Below are positions 10,505-19,255 of a stretch of DNA of 32,023 bases, in pieces. The stretch lies in NCBI GenBank assembly GCA_040182905.1, contig JARQWU010000104.1, positions 1-32,023 of the forward strand, in the 5' to 3' direction. Each line of letters begins with the position of its first letter. The stretch's first letter is position 1. Made by a program: the position numbers and the translations under genes. Source of the DNA: Barthelona sp. PAP020 (Eukaryota). Under the pieces are notes generated by a model, which saw only the letters and a program-made list of their open reading frames with translations, was not told where the DNA came from and did no database searches.

Positions 10505-12455
10505 TTAATTGTAATATTGCTCTAAAAGTTCAACAATTGCAGAATGACATCTAAACTCGGCAATATCTTTAGCAGAATAACGTCCACATTTCTTAAACAT
10601 ATCAGCACCATAATCCAAGAGCAATTGGACAATTTCAAGATGACCATTTTGACAACTGATAAATAGTGGAGAAACGCCATTATTCTTGCATATATTAGTG
10701 TCAGCCCTATGATCCAAGAGCATTCTAACAATATCTACGAGGCCATTTTGACAACCAATATACAGTGGAGTAGCGCCATCATTATCACGTTTATTCTTAT
10801 CAACCCCATGATCCAGTAGCATTTTAGCAATATTGAAATAACCATTTCGACAACTAATATGCAACAAAGAAGTACTGTTTTTATCACAAATTGAAACTAC
10901 TGAAAATATATCACTATTCTTCCATCCACCAATATTTGCCTTGTGGTGCAATAGAAGTTCAGCTATTTCAAGATGACCTTGTTGACAACTAATATGCAAT
11001 GGAGAAGCACCATCTTTAGTACATTGATTAACATCAACTCTATGATCCTCTAAGAGCATTTTGGCAACATCAAGATGACCTTGATAACAACTAATATGCA
11101 ATGGAGAAGCACCTTCTTTAGTACATTGATTAACATCAACTCTATGATCCTCCAAGAGCATTTTGGCAACATCAAGATGACCTTCTTGACAACTAATATA
11201 CAATGGAGATTGACCATAATCATCACATTGATTAGCATCAACCCCATGATCGTCTAAGAGCATCTTTACAATATCAAAATAGCCCTTAAAACAACTGATA
11301 TACAACGGCGAAACCCCATTGATCTTGCATTTATTGACGTCAGCTCCCTTGTCCAAAAGAACTCTGACTACATCAACATGCCCATTTTCACAGGCAGTAA
11401 ACAATGAAGAAGCTTCAGTATTCTTACAAGAATTGATGTCAACCTCAAAATCTAACAATATCTCAAAAATATCACTGTGCCCACAAGAAGAAGCCTCCCA
11501 AAGAACGGTTTCTCCCTCATTTCCAACCTTTATCCATTGTTTAACAACTTCCAATTTTCCATCACGCACACTGTGATATATCGTATCTGTATTGCAATAT
11601 TCGGAAAAATTATCTGGAACAACAATTTCATATAATCTATGTTTCACATAAGAATCAAAAATGGCAGCAGGAACTATTTCCAAGTCAGCAATCAACCCAC
11701 GAAGATACTCAACTATTTCTGAAAACATTGGTCTATTTTCGGGATCACGATTAAAACACTGAGATATAAAATTATATCCAATGGCCAATTCTAATTCTTC
11801 ACGTTTAAAAGGCAATTCACCCTTATTCAATTTTAGAGGAATTCTAAAATCAGGAATTCCTTTGAAAGGCTTAAATATTATCATCACTTCAAAGTAAGTT
11901 GTTGCAAAAGCCCAACAATCAATACCAGGATGAGCAAATATTTCATTGTTTACCAATTCAGGAGGCATATAACAAATTGTTCCCACAGTAGACATCCTAC
12001 TATTCCTTTCAAAAGAACGAACAAGACCAAAATCGCACAGAGCAGTTGTTCCATCATTTCTGATCAAAACATTCTTTGGATTGACATCTCGATGAATCAC
12101 ACCTTTACTGTGACAAAACTCAAGTGCAGAAGCCAGTTGAAACATACTGATTAATCTCTCAATAACAGTCATTTGATGCATTCTTTTGCTCAGTGTGTAT
12201 GGGCAATATTCCATCACAATACCCCAACGATTTTTACCATTTTCACTACTAACTTTCTTACCTGTCATACCATACACTTTACATATAAATTGATGGGAAA
12301 ATGTAATAGCAATACATTCATCTTTGACTTTTTCTTCAGTTGATTCATATGTTAACTTAATAGCAACATCAGCATGTTGATAGATTCCTTTGCTAACTGT
12401 ACCATAACCACCGGATCCTAAGTTTGATTGAATATTTAATAGTTCATAATCTATT
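10505..12455 (-). CDS. Protein kinase (TKL-like) plus C-terminal ankyrin repeats; 3' part of a frameshifted gene
   Basis: Kinase motifs LGSGGYGTV, VAIK, IVMEYC, IHRDVNPKNVL, CDFG, GTICYMPPE, DCWAF, CFNRDPENRP. About 10 ankyrin units of the form SPLxISCxxGHLxxxxMLL. The ORF-track start at 12499 probably lies in the out-of-frame overlap rather than being a true start. Confidence 0.9.
10968..11209. repeat. Near-identical 102-nt tandem repeat (about 2.4 copies) encoding 34-aa ankyrin units
   Basis: TCAAGATGACCTT recurs at 10968, 11070 and 11172. Units 10968-11069 and 11070-11171 differ at 4 of 102 positions by manual alignment. Confidence 0.95.
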
Positions 12456-13292
12456 GGGCACGTCAAAACCTGAATTTGAACGCATATTTTCAACTTCATT
12501 AACTTTATGTTGTACCTCTTCCATCTTATTCTTTCGTTCTAAAGGATCCATTTTCGATAACTCATTCATTTGTAGATTTTGCTTTGATTGCAAAATTCTA
12601 TCCATCTTATCTATATGGGCTTTTATTGTCTCAGAAACATCACCAGGAAGTACTGAAATGGTCAAAGATTTTGTGCTTGATATGCTATTCAAATTCTTGG
12701 CAAAATTCGGAGCGAACTTTCCATTCAGCTTCACAGTGAAATTTTTGTTTAAATTGTCAAGACCAATGTTTACATCGTCACATTTATGGTCCAAGCAAAT
12801 ACTATCAGAAAGTGATGAGACAAATAAAGATTCTTTCTTTGACATACTACTCAAATTCTTGTTTAAATCATCGAGATTGTTGTGTAAACAAATTAAATTC
12901 TCCAATTCTTCACTTTTAAGCGCTGTGGTGCAAAACAAATTGGAATATATTCTGTTCTTGATTAACTCTCTAGATTCTTGACAAAATTCAAAAAAATGAT
13001 CCAAATATTCTTGAATGTTATCATTTCCCCAATTTTGTGTCAATATTTCTTCAAAACTGCCCAAAAACCAAAGCATTCTAAAATATAAAATTAAAACATC
13101 TTCTTGCACTTTTCTTATATTAACAAATCCATTTCTAAGCTCTTTTACAACATTTAAAATCGATAATTTGTGTTCTGAAAGAGACATAAATATTAAATCA
13201 AAATCTACCCTTTCAATGAACTCTTGAAAGTCACTAAAATCGTTAAAAGTATCTAAAAGTGACTTTTGGTACTCTTTTAGAGTATTCGACAT
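12444..13292 (-). CDS. Helical protein segment (possible MLKL-NTD/HeLo-like bundle plus coiled linker); probable 5' part of the kinase-ankyrin gene
   Basis: ATG at 13292 preceded by a T-tract. The 282-codon ORF has an amphipathic helical pattern and ends …SGFDVPNRL* just as the +1 frame reads IDYELLNIQSNLGSGGYG, the entry to kinase subdomain I. Confidence 0.7.
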   Translation of the reverse strand: MSNTLKEYQKSLLDTFNDFSDFQEFIERVDFDLIFMSLSEHKLSILNVVKELRNGFVNIRKVQEDVLILYFRMLWFLGSFEEILTQNWGNDNIQEYLDHFFEFCQESRELIKNRIYSNLFCTTALKSEELENLICLHNNLDDLNKNLSSMSKKESLFVSSLSDSICLDHKCDDVNIGLDNLNKNFTVKLNGKFAPNFAKNLNSISSTKSLTISVLPGDVSETIKAHIDKMDRILQSKQNLQMNELSKMDPLERKNKMEEVQHKVNEVENMRSNSGFDVPNRL

Positions 13293-14238
13293 CAAGAATT
13301 ACAAAAAAAAGTCAAAACTCCAAATCACTGTTTTCACAATTCATGAATTCTTCTGAAATAATCTCATAATAAAAAAATAAGCAGTTAAATCAAAACAAGA
13401 AAGAAATAAGAAATACTCTAGCAACTGACAATGAACTTGTTGAAGTGGATTTTTTTTAAATTTGAACAATGCTACGGAGAAAACAAATGAAATTAAAAGA
13501 TTTTGACAAACATTTTCACACATATGACATATGTATGCCCCATATTTGACATAGAAATTGCGAAACATGCCTTACTGAGAAAACAAACAAAGGTCAAAGG
13601 TTTGGGAAACCACTTCAAACATGAACAAAACTATTTCTTCTTTTTTATTTTCCCTTGTACGAAACCATTGCCAAAACTTGAGACTGGGATATCAGGTTAT
13701 GAGCAAATAATTTATCTTTATCTTTACTCATATAAGGGGTTCAACTTTCCTTCAGGAACCTGTTGGTCTTGATACTTTTATTACATAGGTTGTTCGTGGG
13801 GAACGCCATTCTTTGCAATGTGTGAAACTTGTGTGGTACTAATTGTTTAAAAGAGCCATTCATAGCTTGATGTTCTTGAAATCTATCTAAATTCTCAAAA
13901 TTTTTTGCAGTCCACTTGTAAATGGTCTAACATTATTAAGTAAGCAATAGTAGCGTTTTGTATCAAGACGGTTGAGGGAAAAAGGAAAACAGAAAATTTT
14001 AATTCAGTGACAACAACCTTGCAATGCCTCTCATGTTCGTCTTTTCACAGTTAACCCCATGTTTCTTGGAAAACTCTCGGATTATTCTGTTATCAAATGA
14101 GGAAAGAGATCTGTAGATCAAGAAGAGCTGAAAAACTCGATTCCCCCTTGATAAAAGATAAATTGATCACAAAATAACTTTGAATTTTTTTGTTTAAAAA
14201 AAAGGGCACAGACGCTAAATTTACGAATACAAAGAGAA

Positions 14239-17200
14239 TTATCGATAATTGGATAATTTCGCATGACATAAAGGACAACACATGATTGAACTACCACGCA
14301 TTTGCAAAAATTGTGAATAACCATGATGTCTGCAAGTTCTACATTGCCAATGATGTTGACGATTTCCAAACAGTGACATACCGGTAAAAATACAAGGTTC
14401 TATGGCATTATTGCAATGGGGGCAATCACACAAAGAAGCATCCATTTCTCCACTACAATGGGGACAACGATACATTTGTGAATTCATCTGATTTGTGGGA
14501 GGACGGGATTTGAAAATTTGAATGGCAATTTTATGATAAACATTTCTTAAATCTTCATCCAACGATTCACAGAGTCTCAATCGCATGAAAGCTAAAGATG
14601 CTGTTTCTAATTGTCCAGCAAAAATACTGCTCAAAGCTAACAACCCCAAAACTCTACTTTCAGGTAATACATCACCATAATGTCTGAATAATCTTAAAGA
14701 AGTACCATAGGCACGATTGAAATCACGTCTATACAATTGTTTGTGAGCTAAATGCAAAAAGTGATAAGCCTCGGCTAATCTCCAAGGTCTTTTAAAATCA
14801 ACTGTCTCAACAACTCTACTGAGATTCTCAAATTGATCAAGAGAATCGTCATTAGTCGATCCTCCCTTTGATTTTTCGATTGACAAAGCTAATAAGACAG
14901 AACATTTCCTCATCATCAACAAAGGCAATCTGCTTTCAAATTCATCTGTAATTTTTCTCAACACTTTTGCAATTTCCAAATGTTTATCTGACTTATGGAA
15001 AAGATACAACAATTCCTTGTATGATCTATTGGAAGCTAAAGCAACTTCCACAGAACGAACAGTCTTAGAAGAGTCAATTTCTGAAAGTTTAGCAAAACTT
15101 GAGAAATTGATACAGGCTTCGATGGATTTCTCATGCATACCCAAGAATTCATACAGTTCAATTGATTCTTCAACCAAACCAATCGAAACTAACCTGTCTG
15201 CCAATAATTCAATTGCTTCTGGTTTGATCTTTTTCATTTCTTTTTTTGTCAAAGCCTTTCTGAAGTCAAGTAATTCAGAAAATTGCTCTTGTCTGTAATG
15301 ACATTCAATAATCATCTCAAGGTTGTTTAATTCCTTGAAATATTTCAATGCCTTCATATACTTTTGTCTTTCAAACATTGAATATGCAAGGTTTGATTTT
15401 GCCACCAATAAATCCTTTTCAACCAAAGAATTTCCAACTTCAAATTGTTGTCTTATCTTGGAAGAATCTCCCAATTGGTCAATCAACTTAATATAAAGAT
15501 CTTCTCTCTCTAATTCCTGCAAGATTTGTTCACATTCCTCGTACATTCCAAAATACTTGAAAATCTCAGCTTCTCTACGTTTTTCGTTGGATATTTTTGA
15601 AATCCTTTGAATGAAGTAAATTCCATTCAAATTGCTAATTCTGATGAAACAATTCTTCGCAAGCTCAAGATCTTTCTGTAAAAGAGCAGCTTGAGCCAAA
15701 ATCGTGTACAATTTGTGGTCTGTAAACGACTTGATGTAGTTATAGGCATCATGAAGACTTATATCAATCATTTGCTTCAGATCTCTAAGTATCTTGCACT
15801 CAAATATCTCAATCAAATCTTGAGTTGGAGATTCAGGTGTGTAAAATAGTTCAGAAGTATTCATCGTCTTCAATTCCAAAGATTTGAAGCATAACAAGTC
15901 ATTACTCGTGACAATTGGTTCTTCTGCAGTCTGATCACGGAAAACAAACATTTTAGTCGATTCAACAGAGACAAAACTTTGTTCATCATCAGAAGCCCAT
16001 AAAAACTCACGAACTTCTTTTCTACGAAAACTGATTGTTTCAATCACTCTGTTGTTGATTGAAAATTTATGTAAAATGTGACTGGTGTCTAAAACTAACA
16101 ATCCGTTTCCTACAGTGTTAAGACCCATCTTCTTTGCCTCACAACCAAGCTGGAAATCAATTACCATCTGAAGTGAAGTCAATCCTAATTCAAAGACCAT
16201 CAGTCTTTGTGCTTTTGTTGCCACAAATAACATAGTGTTGAACAAACAAATGCAACATATTGAATCACCAAAGTTTAAGTCTGAAGCGTACTCATTCGAA
16301 TATCTCAATTGATTGGAAAAAGGCGTGAAATATTGAAGGTTACTATCTTCAATAGCGTATCTCCAAACCATAATATTATAACCTTCAGATGTAACAATAA
16401 TAGGTCCCATAGCATCACATAATAAAGGTTCAAAAGGTAGATCCTTATTTCTAATGGTAATACCGATAGAATTGAGTAATCTTAATTGATATGTTGTTTT
16501 TTTAATTTTATTGACTAGTTTCTTTTCAGCATTTTCCTTTTTAGCTTCTAAATCACTATCTTCAACATCTTCAATATCAGCACCAGGCATTTGATAATCT
16601 TGCAATTCTTCTTCAAAAGTTTCTTGAGAAGAGGCTGAAACCACAAGATTTTCAGCACTCCTGATAGTATGAATAAATAACAAGTTGTCTAAATAGATAG
16701 TATTTTTAGTGTTCAGATCAAGGTTCCAAAACACGATCATAAACTCAGTGTCTGTACGACAAGGAAATGCATAAATCAATGTGTTGTCAAAGAAATCATA
16801 AATTTGGTCGTGATGAACAACAGCAAAGTACAATTTAGATGAGCTTTGACTGTTTTCGTTCAAAATAGACATACCAAGCAATGAAGAAAAAGAATTGAAG
16901 CATAAATCAGTGATCGTAACTTCAGGACCTCCAACACGAAGTGAACCAACTTGATATCCCTTCCTTGAAAGCAAAAGAACTCGAGCATCACCTTTATCCC
17001 CATCATTATTACTGTTTCCCGCAACAGCAATAATTTGTCCCAAGGTGTCAAATTTAATAGCAGTAGGTATGATTGGTAATTCACGTAAATCAAGTGGTGC
17101 AAATGCCGAATTCCCTATGTACAAGTGTCCATTGTCAAAAAGAACAGTAAAAGTTGGAAATGTTTGAGCCAATTTTCCATGAACACATTCAATTGACAAT

Positions 17201-17781
17201 ATTGAAGAGTTTTCTTCATCAGATCCAAATTCAACAGTGTGAACCAAAGTACCTCTCATATCAAGAAAATGGACCGCTCGAGATGAAAGACCAACAGCAA
17301 TATGACGTCCATCAGGAATCCATGAAACACAAATTGGAGGATCTCTCATATTTCTATGCCACATTCTACTGGCATTAGAAGCATCTAAAGTGACGCTTCC
17401 TTCATCAAATGCCATAATCAATTTAGAACCAGAATCCTTCCATTTAGCATCCACAACTTTACTTCTATATCGCTGACTAGATTCTTCCCAAAATGTGCCA
17501 TCAGGTTGTGCAATCCAAACAAAAACGGATCCATCAGTATCTGTCGTTACCAATTTAGATTGTGGTTCATTCCAATGTAACCCTTTAATAGTACCATTAT
17601 GACCATCTAATGGTTGATCTGATGGTTGTAAACCGGTATTATTTGATGATAAATTCAATTGAACAACTCGTATTACACCATCTTCTCCTCCAACAGCTAT
17701 TGCATCAGTTGAATGGTTCCATTCTAATCTATGTATTCTTGCGCCATCAAGATTAATCTTTTTGGAGAGAAAGAAGAACAT
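14239..17781 (-). CDS. IFT121: Intraflagellar transport protein 121 (IFT-A subunit, WDR35 orthologue), 1180 aa
   Basis: Starts MFFFLSKKI, the characteristic WDR35 N-terminus (ATG at 17781, not the TTG at 17802). Also AVGGEDG, Q-x-LDGH, WNE-x-x-x-KLVT-x-D, WD40 propellers, a TPR-like region, PWRLAEAYHF-x-x-LAHKQLY, and a C-terminal Cys cluster (CPHC…CPHC…CIFTG…CRTC-x-H…CPLCH). Confidence 0.95.
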   Translation of the reverse strand: MFFFLSKKINLDGARIHRLEWNHSTDAIAVGGEDGVIRVVQLNLSSNNTGLQPSDQPLDGHNGTIKGLHWNEPQSKLVTTDTDGSVFVWIAQPDGTFWEESSQRYRSKVVDAKWKDSGSKLIMAFDEGSVTLDASNASRMWHRNMRDPPICVSWIPDGRHIAVGLSSRAVHFLDMRGTLVHTVEFGSDEENSSILSIECVHGKLAQTFPTFTVLFDNGHLYIGNSAFAPLDLRELPIIPTAIKFDTLGQIIAVAGNSNNDGDKGDARVLLLSRKGYQVGSLRVGGPEVTITDLCFNSFSSLLGMSILNENSQSSSKLYFAVVHHDQIYDFFDNTLIYAFPCRTDTEFMIVFWNLDLNTKNTIYLDNLLFIHTIRSAENLVVSASSQETFEEELQDYQMPGADIEDVEDSDLEAKKENAEKKLVNKIKKTTYQLRLLNSIGITIRNKDLPFEPLLCDAMGPIIVTSEGYNIMVWRYAIEDSNLQYFTPFSNQLRYSNEYASDLNFGDSICCICLFNTMLFVATKAQRLMVFELGLTSLQMVIDFQLGCEAKKMGLNTVGNGLLVLDTSHILHKFSINNRVIETISFRRKEVREFLWASDDEQSFVSVESTKMFVFRDQTAEEPIVTSNDLLCFKSLELKTMNTSELFYTPESPTQDLIEIFECKILRDLKQMIDISLHDAYNYIKSFTDHKLYTILAQAALLQKDLELAKNCFIRISNLNGIYFIQRISKISNEKRREAEIFKYFGMYEECEQILQELEREDLYIKLIDQLGDSSKIRQQFEVGNSLVEKDLLVAKSNLAYSMFERQKYMKALKYFKELNNLEMIIECHYRQEQFSELLDFRKALTKKEMKKIKPEAIELLADRLVSIGLVEESIELYEFLGMHEKSIEACINFSSFAKLSEIDSSKTVRSVEVALASNRSYKELLYLFHKSDKHLEIAKVLRKITDEFESRLPLLMMRKCSVLLALSIEKSKGGSTNDDSLDQFENLSRVVETVDFKRPWRLAEAYHFLHLAHKQLYRRDFNRAYGTSLRLFRHYGDVLPESRVLGLLALSSIFAGQLETASLAFMRLRLCESLDEDLRNVYHKIAIQIFKSRPPTNQMNSQMYRCPHCSGEMDASLCDCPHCNNAIEPCIFTGMSLFGNRQHHWQCRTCRHHGYSQFLQMRGSSIMCCPLCHAKLSNYR

Positions 17782-17847
17782 TTCGAAAGTAAAAAAAACC
17801 AAAAATCACTCTTAACATTTTCAATTTCTTTTTATAATCACGATACA
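17782..17847. promoter_or_regulatory. Putative 66-bp bidirectional promoter/5'UTR region between IFT121 and the LRR gene
   Basis: Divergent ATGs at 17781 (-) and 17848 (+). The left half is A-rich (T-rich on the minus strand) and the right half is T-rich, so each ATG is preceded by a T-tract on its own strand. Confidence 0.65.
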
Positions 17848-19089
17848 ATGGATCAAACTTTAAATTATTTGGATGAACCAATGTCAGATGTTGAAGGTGA
17901 TGCGATTTACCAACCAGTTGATGAAGAAGATTTGATCGAAGAACGTTCTTTAAAAACTCAATATGTATCCTATTGTCGAAAGAACAACGTTACACCCATA
18001 TCTTCATTTTTTAATTCCTTCGATGCTGAAGAAATATCACTGTCTCATTTTGGGTTGAATGGCAAGGATATTGAGTGTATTGTGAAATTCCTTCCTGAAA
18101 CACACATTCAAAGTTTAGATTTGGCCAATAATAATGCTGGAAAAATAGGTGGTGTTGCTATTGGTGATTTATTGAAATCTGAACATCACATTGTTCAATT
18201 AAACCTTTCTTCTAATAACTTGTGGCAAATGGATGAACGTAATTTAAACCAAACATGGTTGGGTGATTTAAAACCAGTTGATGTGGGTGGCATGATTAAT
18301 TTTAGTGCTGCCACTACAACCAGGAAAAAAAAAGTAGCGCCAAAAAATCGATTAGAACCAGAGAAATTGCCTATAAACCCTTTGTTTCAAAGCTTAATGT
18401 CCAATAGAAGTTTAAAGATGTTGATACTCGACAATAACCGTTTTGGTGATCGTTCTATGATTAATCTGTTTCATGTAGTAAAGGCTAACCGATCATTGGA
18501 AGTATTTTCAGTCAAAAATTGTGGGTTTACATCGGCCAGTGTTACTGCTTTGTCACAGCTAATAATTGAAAATTCCACATTACGAGCCATTATTTTGTCT
18601 GAAAACGCTTTGAATGATGATAAGTTGATGGTCGAATTTGCCAATGCTGTTGGTGAAAATAATGGGTTGCAACTGTTGGAAATGAACAACTGCTTCTTAA
18701 AAACCAAAACAATGGAAACTTTGATTAGAAAATTAGCTCAAAGTGTCACTTTAAAAAATGTTCGTTTTGATTACAACGACACTGTCCTTCAAAATGGTAA
18801 AGCATTTCAGGATTTCATTGGCAATGAACAGAATATTGTTGAATTTAGGTTTAGTCACAACTCACTTTCTTTCCAAGCATTTGTTCAAATTGCCACCCTA
18901 TTGAGAGATAATAACTCCCATCTACAAGATATTGATTTCTCCAATTCATTGGATCTGATGGATTTACCTAGTTTGAGAAAAGCCACACCAGAAACTTGGG
19001 GAATATTCAAAGAAGTGTCCAATAAAATGGCTATTGTGTGGCCTGATCAAATACAAAGTGAAATTACCAAATTTTCCATAGATGAGTGA
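17848..19089 (+). CDS. Ribonuclease-inhibitor-type leucine-rich repeat protein, LRRC74A/B-like (413 aa)
   Basis: Pre-LRR motif YVSYCRKNNVTPISSF…ISLSHFGL resembles the LRRC74 Y-x-x-x-C…V-x-P-x-S-x-F…L-x-H-x-GL segment. 28-residue LRRs (IQSLDLANNN, IVQLNLSSNN, LKMLILDNNRF, LRAIILSENAL). ATG 17848 is preferred because ATG 17731 lies inside IFT121. Confidence 0.75.
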   Translation: MDQTLNYLDEPMSDVEGDAIYQPVDEEDLIEERSLKTQYVSYCRKNNVTPISSFFNSFDAEEISLSHFGLNGKDIECIVKFLPETHIQSLDLANNNAGKIGGVAIGDLLKSEHHIVQLNLSSNNLWQMDERNLNQTWLGDLKPVDVGGMINFSAATTTRKKKVAPKNRLEPEKLPINPLFQSLMSNRSLKMLILDNNRFGDRSMINLFHVVKANRSLEVFSVKNCGFTSASVTALSQLIIENSTLRAIILSENALNDDKLMVEFANAVGENNGLQLLEMNNCFLKTKTMETLIRKLAQSVTLKNVRFDYNDTVLQNGKAFQDFIGNEQNIVEFRFSHNSLSFQAFVQIATLLRDNNSHLQDIDFSNSLDLMDLPSLRKATPETWGIFKEVSNKMAIVWPDQIQSEITKFSIDE

Positions 19090-19255
19090 CAAACGAAGTT
19101 GTATATCATTTGTAAAGTTATTTTAGTTATATTGGTCTTTCTTCTTTATACTTTGTGGAATAAAAAGGAAAAATGTAAAACATTTACAAAAATTATATTA
19201 ATAAAATATCAATATTTAAAATTCAAAATTTAAAATTTAAAATCATGAAAGGCAA

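Noticed and set aside
10968..11209. Regularly spaced repeats as a CRISPR array
   Set aside because: Whole 102-nt units are duplicated, have no unique spacers, and encode in-frame ankyrin repeats.
12424..12981. 185-aa + strand ORF
   Set aside because: Antisense to the helical-domain ORF, starts at TTG, and has no recognisable features.
13341..13772. 75-aa and 89-aa ORFs in the spacer
   Set aside because: No motifs, and composition is driven by homopolymers; treated as chance or debris.
17731..17847. ORF-track starts at 17731 (+) and 17802 (-), implying overlapping genes
   Set aside because: The conserved MFFFLSKKI start places IFT121 at 17781, and ATG 17848 removes the overlap.
19215..19242. 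Four tandem TTTAAAA/TTCAAAA heptamers between convergent genes
   Set aside because: Low-complexity AT sequence expected in this background; not telomeric or CRISPR-like.
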